A DNA stretch of 64,000 bases, from contig CAWFQK010000009.1 in assembly GCA_963817955.1 (NCBI GenBank), forward strand, positions 128,001-192,000, given 5' to 3'. The stretch is from an uncultured Gemmatimonadaceae bacterium. GTDB lineage: Bacteria; Gemmatimonadota; Gemmatimonadetes; Gemmatimonadales; Gemmatimonadaceae. Positions within the stretch are counted from its first letter, which is position 1, and each line of letters opens with the position of its first letter. The position numbers were made by a program, and so were the translations under genes. The notes beneath the pieces were generated by a model. The model saw nothing but the letters and a program-made list of their open reading frames with translations. It was not told the origin of the DNA and searched no databases. Below are positions 29,468-40,244 of the stretch, piece after piece.

Positions 29468-32400
29468 GTGGCAAATCGAGTCATTAGTCGCGGCTTAGTC
29501 ATAGCCGCGCTTGTCATGCCTTCGATGGTGCTCGCGCAAGGCCGACGCGGGCGCGGCGGCGCGCCCGCCGAATCCGCCGGCCCGAGTGACGTCAGTTGGC
29601 GCAATGTGGGCCCGGAATCGTCCGGCCGCATGGTTGCCGTCGCCGGATCGGCGGCGCGACCCGCTGAGTATTATTTCGGCACCACCGGCGGCGGTGTGTG
29701 GAAGTCCACCGATGGCGGCAAGACCGCCGTTCCAGTGACGGATAATTATTTCGGCGGCACCATTGGCGCCGTGACGGTCGACGAAAAGAACCCGGATGTC
29801 GTGTGGGTGGGCGGGGGTGAGTACGCGATCCGCGGCAACGTCTCGTACGGCGACGGCGTGTGGAAGACCACCGATGCCGGCAAGACCTGGCAGTACATGG
29901 GTCTGAAGGAGACGCAGCAGATCGCCCGCATCGTGCTGGATCCGCGCAATGCCGATGTGGCGTACGTCGCCGCGCTCGGCCACGTGTGGGGAGCCACCCC
30001 GGATCGTGGCGTGTACAAGACCACCGACGGTGGCAAGACATGGAAGAAGATCCTCTTCCGCAATGATTCCACCGGCGCGGTCGAGCTGGTGATGGATCCG
30101 AGCAATCCCGATGTGCTCTACGCCGCGCTCTGGCAGGCCGGTCGCAACCCCTGGATGTTGATCAGCGGCGGCAACGGCGGCGGCATCTTCAAGACGATAG
30201 ATGGTGGCGACCACTGGACGGAGATCACGCTCGCCAAGGGCTTGCCGACCGGGGTCATCGGCAATGTCGGCATGGCGATCTCTCCGGCAAAGCCGAATCG
30301 CATCTGGGCGCTCATCGAGCACGAGCCGAATGGCGGTGTCTATCGCTCCGATGATGCGGGCGCGTCATGGACGCTGCTCAATCAGGATCGCGATCTCCGC
30401 CAGCGTGCCTGGTACTTCTCGCGTCTGTTCGCCGATCCCAAGGATTCGAACGTCGTGTACGCGCCAAACGTCACTCCGCTCTGGTCGCAGGATGGCGGCA
30501 AGACCTTCACGCGCGCGTTCGGTGCCGGCGACAACCACGTCATGTGGATTTCGCCGACCGATTCGAAGCGCATGGTCGTCGGGCATGACAATGGTGCGGT
30601 GCTCACGACGGATGGCGGCACGACGTCGACGCACCTCAATATCCCAACAGGTCAGTTCTATCACGTCCATCTGACGAACAAGGTGCCGTACGACCTCTGC
30701 GGCGCGAAGCAGGATGCCGGCTCGGTGTGTGGTGCCGTACGTCAGGCGGGCGGCTTTGGTGGACGGGGCGGCGGTGGCGGCGGTCGGGGCGGTGCGCCGG
30801 CCCCGGCATCGGCATATGCCGAATTCTACGGAGCGGCGGGCGGCGAGTCAGGCTATCTGGCCTCGGATCCCACCAACCCGAACATCACCTTCGGCGGCAA
30901 TTACAGTGGCGTGATCGACATGCAGGATCGCGGCAGCGGTTTGCGTGCCCGCCTCGATCCGTGGCCCCTCAACCCAATGGGTCACGACGCGAAGGACTCG
31001 AAGTACCGCTTCCAGTGGACCTTCCCGATCATGAATTCGCCGCACGAGCCGCACACGCTCTATGTGGGCGCGAACGTGGTCTTCAAGTCCACGGACAACG
31101 GCAAGAGCTGGCAAGTGATCTCACCCGACCTCACGCGCCACGATCCGGCAACACTTGGCGCATCGGGTGGGCCGATCACCAAGGACCAGACGTCGATCGA
31201 GTACTACGGAACGGTGTTCGCGCTCCAGGAGTCACCGATCACGCCGGGGCTCATCTGGGCCGGCTCGGATGACGGCCTCATTCACGTCACGCGCGACGGC
31301 GGCAAGTCGTGGAAGAACGTGACGCCGAAGGGGCTCCCGCAGTGGACCCGCATTTCGGTCATCGATCCGTCGCCGCACAACGCGGGCACGGCATACGTTG
31401 CCGCGAACCGCTACCAGCTCGACGACTACGCGCCGTACCTCTACAAGACCACCGACTACGGCGCGACGTGGACGCGCATCAACGACGGCATTCCGGTGGG
31501 CGAGTACACGCATTCCATTCGTGAAGACCTCGTCAAGCCCGGCCTGCTCTACGCCGCGACCGAGCGCAGCATGTGGTTGTCGCGCGACGACTGGCGCCCA
31601 CTGGGAAAGCCTGAAGAAGAATCTCCCGCCGGTGCCGGTGCACGACATCGCGCTCCGCGACGACGACATGGTGATCGCCACCCACGGCCGTGCCTTCTGG
31701 GTGATGGAGAACATCTCGCTGCTACGACAGGCGCCGGAAGCGGATGCGGCCGCGGCGGCGGGCAAGGATTTCCTCTACAAGCCGGCACCGGCGTATCGGG
31801 CGGGTGGTGTGACGGTGCAATACAAACTGGCGAACGCCAATCAGCCGGTGACCGTGGAATTCCTCGACCCCACGGGTAAGCTCATTCGCAAGTTCTCATC
31901 AACCGATTCAGTCCCCGCGGCCGGGGGCCGGGGCGGGGCAGGCGGTGGACGTGGCGGCGCGGGTGGACCACCACGCGTGACGACCCGTGCGGGGCTCAAT
32001 CGCTATACGTGGAACCTGCAGTATCCGGATGCGTCCACGTTCCAGGGAATGATCCTCTGGCAAGGTGCTACGGCGGGCCCGTTTGCCGCGCCCGGCACGT
32101 ACACGGTGCGCGTGCTCGCCGCCGGCAATACCGCGCTCACCGAGAAGTTCACGGTGAAAAGGGATCCCCAGGCTCAGGCGACCAATGCCGACCTCGTCGA
32201 GCAGGAGCGGTTCGCGCTGCAACTGCGCGATCGCGTGACGGCGGCGAACGATGCGGTCAAGACAATTCGCAACGTCACGCATCAGCTCGACGAACGCGCC
32301 GGCAAGATGAGCGGCAACGCGAGCTTTGGCGCCATGGCGAAAACGTTCGAGGGTAAGCTCGCCAGCGTCGAGGATTCGCTCTATCAGACCCGCAATCGGA

Positions 32401-32675
32401 GTGGTGAGGATCCGCTCAACTTCCCCATTCGCATCAACAATCAGATGGCTGCGCTGCTGGGCTTCGTCGAGAACGGCGAGCGTCGGCCGCCCAAGCAATC
32501 ATATGACGTGTTCGCGGTGCTCGATCCCAGGTTGCAGACCGAGTTGACGCGCTACAAACGCGTCATGGCCGATCTGGCAAAGATCAACGCCGCGTTGAAG
32601 GCGGCCGGCCAGCCGGAGATCGTTCCGAGCACGGTGGAACTGCCGGCGCTGCGGAAAGACAACATCAGTCATTAG
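29468..32675 (+). CDS. Secreted BNR/VPS10 beta-propeller glycosyl-hydrolase-like protein, +1 frameshift near 31591
   Basis: Signal peptide and many S/T-x-D-G-G-x-T/S-W Asp-box repeats. ORF 29468..31879 and ORF 31398..32675 join at CGC GAC GAC [T] GGC GCC CAC TGG, restoring the Asp-box SRDDGAHW. Confidence 0.85.
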
Positions 32676-32743
32676 CGCAACGCGTCAGGGTTGCGAACGG
32701 AACGCACGGACGCTGCCCTGACCATGTACTGAGATCACGCACT

Positions 32744-32792
32744 GATAACAAAAAGCTCCCGCGCTCAATGAGCGCGGGAGCTTTTTGTTATC
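32744..32792. terminator. Bidirectional rho-independent terminator
   Basis: 24-bp perfect IR GATAACAAAAAGCTCCCGCGCTCA / TGAGCGCGGGAGCTTTTTGTTATC with A and T tracts, between convergent genes. Confidence 0.9.
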
Positions 32793-32795
32793 GAG

Positions 32796-33971
32796 TCATT
32801 GATGGTATGCGCCGAGCCCAACGCCGAGGCCGGACGTAATGCCCATGCGCATGCCGCCGCCGCGAATCTGTTGCACCCAGAATCCCGGCGACGGCAGCGG
32901 GCCGAGTCGGAACAGGCCGGGATAGAGATTGATCGTGGGACCGTTCGTACCACCGCCCTTGCTGATGAACGAAGCCAGGAGCGACCCATTGCGGTCAAGG
33001 AAGAGTCCAGCGTTCGGTTGCAGCGTCACGGTCTTTGTGTTGGTAGCCGAGTCGATCACCGGGTTGTCCGACGGATCGAAACCGCCGGAGGCCGATACCC
33101 AGTACTGATCCCCCACGCGCCTCGAGGCGCCGACGAGGAACGCGCTACCGGCCGTCGTCATCACTTTCCAGTTGTCGGTTCGCGGCAGTGGCGCGCGCAC
33201 CATGATCAGACTGTACGCGTTCTCCAGATGCTTGTTTGGAAGCGTCAGCGTTGGTTGACCATACCAGTCCGTGGCTTCGATGCGGCCGCTGAAGGCGCGC
33301 CGCATCCACTCCTGATTCCAGAGAATGATCGCGCCGGAGTCGAAGATCAGCAAATCGGTCATCCCGTCTTCGTCTTCACAGCAGACGTTGCCGCTCTCGA
33401 GGATCTCATTCAGGACGTGGCCGACATAGAGCGTCACCCCAGCGGCAAGCTCCGGGTGGCCGAAGGCGTTGCCATGCTGTTCGAACCACTCCGTCGTGCG
33501 CACGTACGTGATACCGCTCCCAAAGAGATGCAGGTGGTAGTTGGGATACCACTGCCCGCCGCCCTGGCTCTTGAGTGTGAGCGGAAAGACCTCATTGCGG
33601 AGCCACCGGCTCCAGCCGTAGTGCCGAATGACCGGTTCCGGGTCGGTGACGGAGTGCCAGACAATCTTGAACGAGCTCCAGTACGGAATGTTCAGCACGT
33701 CGCGGTGGTCTGCGACGCGGAGCATGTCGAAGCCTTCATTGATCGCGACACTCAGCGGACTGAATTCCAGATCGCTGCCATAGGACCGCGGCGTATAGAA
33801 CCGGAACTTGGCCGGGCGCGTATCGACGTGCGGGCTGGCGGTGACATCCATCCGGCCCGAGTCGGCGGCCGGGTTCATGGCGGCCGTAGCGGGAGACAAC
33901 GCTGGGGGCGTGTGCATACACGCCCCCAGCAGGACTGCGACTCCGGCAACAGCAAGATGGCGAAGAATCAC
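32796..33971 (-). CDS. Hypothetical lipoprotein / membrane protein
   Basis: Lipobox-like VLLGAC and aromatic-rich body; closely follows the upstream M20 gene. Start uncertain. Confidence 0.65.
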   Translation of the reverse strand: MILRHLAVAGVAVLLGACMHTPPALSPATAAMNPAADSGRMDVTASPHVDTRPAKFRFYTPRSYGSDLEFSPLSVAINEGFDMLRVADHRDVLNIPYWSSFKIVWHSVTDPEPVIRHYGWSRWLRNEVFPLTLKSQGGGQWYPNYHLHLFGSGITYVRTTEWFEQHGNAFGHPELAAGVTLYVGHVLNEILESGNVCCEDEDGMTDLLIFDSGAIILWNQEWMRRAFSGRIEATDWYGQPTLTLPNKHLENAYSLIMVRAPLPRTDNWKVMTTAGSAFLVGASRRVGDQYWVSASGGFDPSDNPVIDSATNTKTVTLQPNAGLFLDRNGSLLASFISKGGGTNGPTINLYPGLFRLGPLPSPGFWVQQIRGGGMRMGITSGLGVGLGAYHQ

Positions 33972-33975
33972 CAGA

Positions 33976-35664
33976 TCACGGCACGGCTTTCGTTGTGTCA
34001 CGAATGGTTGGGTACTTGATCCCGAGTTGGTCGAGGTAGGTCTTGTACTTGGTCGGATCGTAATAGTATTTGCGCATCTCCGGACGGTACCTATCCATGA
34101 TGGCCTTGTTCAGCCAGATCGCCGGCTTGTCCTCCGGACGCATCAGCGGAAAGTACTTGATGTCCTTGGTCTGCACGGTGTTGAAGTACGCCCACGCCTG
34201 CGAGACGACCGTCGGTTTCAGGAGCAAATCGAGTACCGTCATCGCCTGTGCCTTTGCCCCAGCGGTCACGCCCTTGTGCGCAATGGGCGTCGCCATCGAG
34301 ATGGCGTTTGCCCAGTTATGCCCCGGCAATCCCGGTATGTTCGCGGGGTAGCGGAGGGTGATCGTCGGGACATTCCACGAGACGTCGCCAATGTCGTCAC
34401 TGCCGCCGCCGCGTAGCTCCTCCTGGCGCGGCGGGGTGCCGAGCGTTTCCGGGATGCGCGACGACAGGCCGCGCGGATTCTTCTGTCCCAACTCACGCTG
34501 AATGCCCCGCGCCAGTGCCTGATCTTTCTCGTCCCACACCGGCATGCCGACCTGCTTGATGTTCTCGAACATGTCCATGGCGATCGGCTTGCTGAAGTAA
34601 CCAGCCCAGCCTGATCCGAGAATGTTCACTGAGGCCAGCTTCGTGCTGGTCATCATGGCGGCCGCGCGTGCCATCGTGTCGCCGAGCGCGAAGAGCGCCT
34701 GCGTTTTCGGAGCGTCGGTTTCCCGGAAGAAATACCAATCGCTCGCTGTGGGCGGCACCACGTTGGGCTGGTCACCGCCGTCGGTGATCACGTTGTGCGA
34801 CCGCTGCGTCAGCGGCAGATGCTCGCGGCGGAAATTCCACCCTACGTCCATGAGCTCGACCGCGTCGAGCGCGCTACGCCCCGCCCACGGCGCGCCTGCG
34901 GCATGCGCGCTCGACCCGAGGAAGTTGAACTGCGCACTGATTAGCGCGTTGGAGCCCGACGTTCCATACGACACACCGAAATCGGCGCCCACGTGACAGA
35001 ACAGCACGGCGTCGACGTCTTTGAACAGCCCGGCGCGCACGAAGTACGCCTTGGCTGCCATCTGCTCCTCGGCTACGCCGGGCCAGAGCTGGATCGTTCC
35101 CTGGATATGGTCACGCTCCATGATCTTCTTCACGGCCACCGCCGCCGTGATGTTGAGTGGCACGCCGGAGTTGTGACCTTCCCCGTGTCCCGGAGCGCCA
35201 CCGACCATCGGATCGTGATAACCAACGCCCGGCTTCTGATTGGCCTGCGGGATATCGTCGATGTCCGAGCCGAGCGAGATCACCGGCTTGCCCGAGCCCC
35301 AGGTCGCGACCCATGCGGTGGGAATTCCGGCAATGCCGCGCGTGACCTTGAATCCGTTCTTCTCGAGGACGCCGGTGAGATACTTCGACGTCTCTTCTTC
35401 CTGCATGCCGAGCTCACCGAAGCTGAACACCATGTCCACCATCTGCTGCGTGAACGTGGACATGCTGTCGACCATGCGTATCGCGTCCTTTTTCAGGGTG
35501 GCGATACGCGCGTCATCGGCGGGCAGGGTGACGGGAAAGGTGACCTCCACTCGATCCTCGGGGCCTTGGCGGCCGCCGCGGCCCTGAGCGGAGAGTGAGA
35601 CTGGGAGGACAAGCGACAGGCCGAATAATCCGGCAGCCACCAGACGAGCTGGAGATGGACGCAT
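33976..35664 (-). CDS. M20-family amidohydrolase (AbgB-like), secreted
   Basis: GHGEGHNSG, PGVAEE, G.SAHAAG.PW.GRSALDA, GSDD.GDVSW; signal peptide. Confidence 0.88.
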   Translation of the reverse strand: MRPSPARLVAAGLFGLSLVLPVSLSAQGRGGRQGPEDRVEVTFPVTLPADDARIATLKKDAIRMVDSMSTFTQQMVDMVFSFGELGMQEEETSKYLTGVLEKNGFKVTRGIAGIPTAWVATWGSGKPVISLGSDIDDIPQANQKPGVGYHDPMVGGAPGHGEGHNSGVPLNITAAVAVKKIMERDHIQGTIQLWPGVAEEQMAAKAYFVRAGLFKDVDAVLFCHVGADFGVSYGTSGSNALISAQFNFLGSSAHAAGAPWAGRSALDAVELMDVGWNFRREHLPLTQRSHNVITDGGDQPNVVPPTASDWYFFRETDAPKTQALFALGDTMARAAAMMTSTKLASVNILGSGWAGYFSKPIAMDMFENIKQVGMPVWDEKDQALARGIQRELGQKNPRGLSSRIPETLGTPPRQEELRGGGSDDIGDVSWNVPTITLRYPANIPGLPGHNWANAISMATPIAHKGVTAGAKAQAMTVLDLLLKPTVVSQAWAYFNTVQTKDIKYFPLMRPEDKPAIWLNKAIMDRYRPEMRKYYYDPTKYKTYLDQLGIKYPTIRDTTKAVP

Positions 35665-35877
35665 AAAGGCTGGGAGGCGGGGGGGAACGAGGGCGTGCCA
35701 GGGAGAGGGAAACACTGCGCTGGCGAATATACGTGCGGGGAGTGGGGACGTGAAGAAGAGCGGATCTCTACAACTACTAACGCCGAAATCGTCACAACAT
35801 GTCGGTTTTGGTCAATCGGACATATTGGCCCTTGCGCTGACCCCCTGTTTTCGGAACTAATATATATAGGACTACGA

Positions 35878-37110
35878 TCATCGCGGGACGAGCGGGCGGC
35901 GACAAGGAATCGATCGGCGACCCGAGGGGATGGGAGCGTGTCGAGAGGGAATCGATCGCTACCCGCAGGGGAGGCGACTGTGCCGAGAGGGAATCGGTCC
36001 GCGTGCAGAGGGGATGCCCGCGTGTTCAGATGGGATCGACGCCTGCTCATAGGGAATCCCTCGCTGTCTCGATCGAATTCACGCGTGTGCCGGTGGAAGT
36101 CCTCGCGGTCGAGACCGAATTGACGCGTGTGCCGGTGGAAGTCCTCGCGGTCGAGACCGAATTGACGCGTGTGCCGGTGGAAGTCCTCGCGGTCGAGACC
36201 GAATTGACGCGTGTGCCGGTGGAAGTCCTCGCGGTCGAGACCGAATGAGCGCCGATCGAGCAGGGACTCCCGCGCGTCCAGCTCGCACCAGCCGCTGTTC
36301 AGGGGGGAGTCGCTCCGGTCAAGAGGGAACTCCCCGACGTCGAGCCCGAATGCCGCTCGCGCCACACCGGACCGTCTCTCGTCAACACGCCTCTCCCGCG
36401 CGTCCACGCCCATCTCCCGCGCGTCCACGCCCATCTCCCGCGCGTCCACCCACAATCCTCGCTTCGTTCGCTGGGATGCTGTGACGTCCACCTGAGATTG
36501 TCTCTCGGTCAGGTCGGAGTCCTTCCGGTTGAGAGGAAACCCTCGCGGTCAAGCACGAACTCCTCGCGGTCAAGCACGAACTCCTCGCGGTCAAGCACGA
36601 ACTCCTCGCGGTCAAGCACGAACGGCTCGGGTGCAAGCACGAACCCCTCGCTGTCAACCTCAGACTCTCCGGCGTTGAGACCTCTCGGTCGCAATGCCAC
36701 GAGGGAATCACCCGCGTCGACGTGGAATAGATCCGTGTCAACGTGGAATGGGTCCGCGTCCACGGGCAATGGCTCGGCGTTCAGGACCCAGTCGCTCGCG
36801 TTCAGCAGGGAGGGCTGACGTAACAGCAGGGATGGCTGCCGTCGCACAGGGAATCGTCTCTTCTGCAGGCCCACGCCCGATCGTGAAGCGCGCAGGCACT
36901 CGTGTCGAGGACGGACTCCTCGCGCGACAGGCAAGACCATCGATTCTCACGCAAACACCGACCGGTCGGAACGAGGCTCCGACTCTTCCGAACGCGACTC
37001 TCTCGGTTCCGACGACCATTCCGTCATTCCCGACGACGCTTCCGTCGCGTCCGACGCCGAGTCCGTCGCTTCCGACGGCAATCGCGACACGTCTCACGTC
37101 TGTTGCTCTC
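35878..37110. repeat. Degenerate 21-bp-period tandem array with perfect 42-bp and 21-bp sub-repeats
   Basis: About 4 x 42 bp ACGCGTGTGCCGGTGGAAGTCCTCGCGGTCGAGACCGAATTG (36081-36246), 4 x 21 bp CCTCGCGGTCAAGCACGAACT (36541-36623), ~3 x CTCCCGCGCGTCCACGCCCAT (~36393-36450). The degenerate 21-bp phase persists in the flanks. Confidence 0.85.
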
Positions 37111-37185
37111 TCTTCACGCCGGCGCGTCGGGCGCCCGCCGACGTGACGTCTTCTTTTGGCGCCTTCATGGCCACTTGGAGGCCAT

Positions 37186-37691
37186 ATGAAATACAGTGAA
37201 GGCAGTACCTTGGCGACGCTCCGCCGCAGCGCAGATTTTGTCGCGGCGAATCCCGTCCTGTTCGCCGCACTGAACGGCTTAACGATGCTACGGAAGGCAT
37301 CGCGGCGGTCGCGAAGATCCAGCTCAAGGCAGTCCCGGACTTCAGCTCGCTGACGATGCCGCAGGCCAAGGTCTCGACGGAGCGGTTGCTCGCTTCGGCG
37401 GCGGCCATGGCCGAGGCGTCGCGGCGGCACGAGGCCGTGCTGATCGACGGCGGGCTGCCGACCAATCTTATCGCGCAGCTCGATTCGCAACTCTTGCCGC
37501 TCATCGGCGCCGACCAGGCCTTGCTCGCCGCCTGGCAGACCGCCAAACGCATTCAGCGCAAACCAGGCATCAAGATCGGGTCGACGACTGCGACGACGCC
37601 GTTGCCGGTCTCCACCCCACCGGTCGTCACATCACCCGTCACCACGCCACTGGTAACTCCTCCGTCGGCAAATGAGGTATCGGCCGCGTAG
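37186..37691 (+). pseudogene. Broken hypothetical helical protein with a Pro/Thr-rich tail
   Basis: GGAGG RBS and ATG (MKYSEGSTLATLRRSADFV) in one frame. Protein-like continuation (IAAVAKIQLKAVPDFSSLTMP...LLAAWQTAKRI) in another frame from ~37280, followed by a terminator-like hairpin. Confidence 0.5.
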
Positions 37692-37724
37692 TTCGTCACA
37701 CCCGTAAGTCATAATCCGCAGTAC

Positions 37725-37758
37725 ACGCGAACGGCCGCCCTCGGGCGGCCGTTCGCGT
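37725..37758. terminator. GC-rich hairpin between convergent genes
   Basis: ACGCGAACGGCCGCCC / GGGCGGCCGTTCGCGT. Confidence 0.65.
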
Positions 37759-37831
37759 TCCTACCCTCTCATAAGGAAAGAACAATGCAGACCGGCGCGC
37801 CGACCGGTTTGACCGCCGGCCAGCCCCCCCA

Positions 37832-39133
37832 TCACCCCGCGATTGCCCGTTCTACCTCCGCGAGCCGCGGCTCGATCTCAATCGGGCGATTCGCGTGTGA
37901 CGGCGCCGGTGTGATGTCCTGGTGGTACCGGATGATTGCCGCCGGATCTTTCAGCAGGTGCCCGGTGAGGATGGCGACAACTCGCTCGCCGCTCGCGATC
38001 ACGCCCGCAGCGCGCAGCTTCTTGACGCCGGCCACGCTCGCGGCACTGGCTGGCTCGCACCCGATTCCGGCCGCGTCGATGATCGCTTTCGCCTCGAGAA
38101 TCTCGTCGTCCGACACGTCCGCGACGACGCCATGTGTCTCACGAATGACGCGCACGGCGCGATCCCACGACGCTGGCTCTCCAATACGAATGGCGGTGGC
38201 GATGGTCTCTGGCGTGACGCGCAGATGTTCGGTGAACCCGCCGCGGAAGCTCTGAGCGAATGGCGCCGCGCCGCTCGCTTGCACGGCGGCAACCCGCGGC
38301 ACGCGCGAGATGAACCCGCCGGCGTACAGCTCGCGCAGGGCTTTGCCGATGGCCGACGTGTTGCCAAGGTTGCCGGCCGGCAGCGCGATCCAGTCCGGCG
38401 CATCCCAGCCGAGTTGTTCGAGCAGCTCGATCGCGATCGACTTCTGCCCCTCGAGGCGGAACGGGTTGATCGAGTTGAGCAGATGCACACCGAGCGCGGT
38501 GCTCGATTCTCTCGCCAACGTGAGACATTGATCGAAGTTGCCGCGGACGAGCAGTGTCCTCGCGCCATACGCCAGAGTCTGCGCCAGCTTGCCGAGCGCC
38601 ACATTGCCCGCCGGCACGAACACGATCGCCGGCAGCCCCGCCAGCGCGGCGTACGCGGCCAGGGACGCCGAGGTGTTTCCCGTCGATGCGCAGGCAACGG
38701 CGCGCGCGCCGGTCCGCTTCGCCTGCGTCATCGCCACGGTCATGCCGCGATCCTTGAACGATCCCGTCGGGTTATGGCCCTCGTGCTTGATGAGTAAATG
38801 ATCAACGGACGCCCATTGGCTCACGCGGTCGCGCTCGAGCAGCGGGGTATTGCCTTCGGGCTGACTGACAATGTCCTCACTTCGCACCGAGGGCAGGACG
38901 AGCTCGCGATAGCGCCAGACCCCAGAGATGTCAGGGCCCCGAACCGCGGTGCGTCGTGTGGTGAACCGTTCGCGCAGCATCGCGGCATCGGTGAACGGCG
39001 GATGCGTCAGCTCGAGCAGGCCGCCGCACGCTGGGCAGACCGGCGCCGCGTCGCGCTCGTCGAGGGTTGCTCCGCAGAGCTCGCACTGCTGCCAGGATTC
39101 GTGTGTTGTCACTGCCATTGGTGCTCCGTTCAT
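37832..39133 (-). CDS. thrC: Threonine synthase
   Basis: N-terminal CxxC..CxxC, EGNTPL, NPTGSFKDRG (PLP lysine), CASTGNTSAS, GNLGN. Confidence 0.95.
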   Translation of the reverse strand: MNGAPMAVTTHESWQQCELCGATLDERDAAPVCPACGGLLELTHPPFTDAAMLRERFTTRRTAVRGPDISGVWRYRELVLPSVRSEDIVSQPEGNTPLLERDRVSQWASVDHLLIKHEGHNPTGSFKDRGMTVAMTQAKRTGARAVACASTGNTSASLAAYAALAGLPAIVFVPAGNVALGKLAQTLAYGARTLLVRGNFDQCLTLARESSTALGVHLLNSINPFRLEGQKSIAIELLEQLGWDAPDWIALPAGNLGNTSAIGKALRELYAGGFISRVPRVAAVQASGAAPFAQSFRGGFTEHLRVTPETIATAIRIGEPASWDRAVRVIRETHGVVADVSDDEILEAKAIIDAAGIGCEPASAASVAGVKKLRAAGVIASGERVVAILTGHLLKDPAAIIRYHQDITPAPSHANRPIEIEPRLAEVERAIAG

Positions 39134-40134
39134 TCGTCCTCGATGCGTGCGCCGCGTTCGTCTATCTCTGCCACTCGCCCGCTCGCGTCGATGCCTGCGG
39201 CACGATAGGCAGCAATCATGGAAGTCATCACGTGTTGCGCCAATTCATCACCCTCGGAAAGCGCGAAGGCCGACGGCCCGCCGCCGGAGATCGAGCAACC
39301 GAGCGCGCCAGCGTCGAGCGCAGCCTGCTTGGCCGCGACAAACCCTGGCAGCAATGGCGCGCGCACCGGCTCGGCGATGCGATCGTCCACTGCGCCTCTG
39401 AGCAACGAGAGCGTACCGGTGTAGAACGCGGCGATCATGGTTGCGACGGCAACCGCCTGGGCCATCGCCGTGTTCCGATCGACCGTTGCCGGTAGCACCG
39501 CGCGCGCATCGGCGGTCTTGAGCTGCATCGCCGGATGGACGAGGACTATGCGCAGACCAGGCGGAACCGGAAGTCGCACGACGTTCAGCGGCTCGATCGA
39601 GCGAATGAGTAGAATGCCGCCGAACAACGCCGGCGCGAGATTGTCGATGTGTCGTCCCGCCAGGCGCTCTTCTGCCACGAGGGCGGCGGCGAGAAGCGTA
39701 GGGAAGTCGAGCGGGTGGCCAAGCAAAGCATTCGCCGCGACAGCGCCCGCAACGGCGGACGCGGCGCTGCCACCCTGGCCACCGGCGAGCGGAAGCCCTT
39801 TCTCGACGTACAGCGCGATCCCAACATCGGCTGCGCCGGCTCGTCGCAGCACCTCAGTTGCGGCAATCGCCGACGCGTGCCGGGTGGGATCGGTGGGCAG
39901 TTCGGGGTCACCGGGATCCACCACCCGAACGCCGTTGTCGTCGGTGCGCTCGGCGCGCACGGCATCACCGGGTCCTGTGACGGCGCATCCCAGGATGTCC
40001 AGTCCCGGTCCGATATTGCCGATGCCGCCCGGCGCGAATGCACGAACGGAGCGCCCTGGCTCGAGGGGCGCTGTCTTCGCGCGAACCGGTCTGTCGCGGT
40101 GTGGCTGGTCCCACAAGAAGGTGTTCGTGGACAC
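39130..40134 (-). CDS. thrB: Homoserine kinase
   Basis: GNIGPGLD.LG, GHMP motif PLAGGQGGSAA, H.DN.AP, ISGGGPS; overlaps the thrC start. Start uncertain. Confidence 0.92.
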   Translation of the reverse strand: MSTNTFLWDQPHRDRPVRAKTAPLEPGRSVRAFAPGGIGNIGPGLDILGCAVTGPGDAVRAERTDDNGVRVVDPGDPELPTDPTRHASAIAATEVLRRAGAADVGIALYVEKGLPLAGGQGGSAASAVAGAVAANALLGHPLDFPTLLAAALVAEERLAGRHIDNLAPALFGGILLIRSIEPLNVVRLPVPPGLRIVLVHPAMQLKTADARAVLPATVDRNTAMAQAVAVATMIAAFYTGTLSLLRGAVDDRIAEPVRAPLLPGFVAAKQAALDAGALGCSISGGGPSAFALSEGDELAQHVMTSMIAAYRAAGIDASGRVAEIDERGARIEDE

Positions 40135-40244
40135 GTGAATCGCAATTTCGCGCCTCGGGTGTCGGATTGCGACTCCAGGCATTTCAATCGGGGATTGGCC
40201 GTGGGTTCTTCTTTCACGCGCCTGGCGACGCGAGCTTAGAGGCC

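Noticed and set aside
32799..34019. Long antisense or shadow ORFs (also 19237-20484, 50358-51695, 60293-61462, 63198-63995)
   Set aside because: They lie opposite well-supported genes, which is expected in high-GC DNA.
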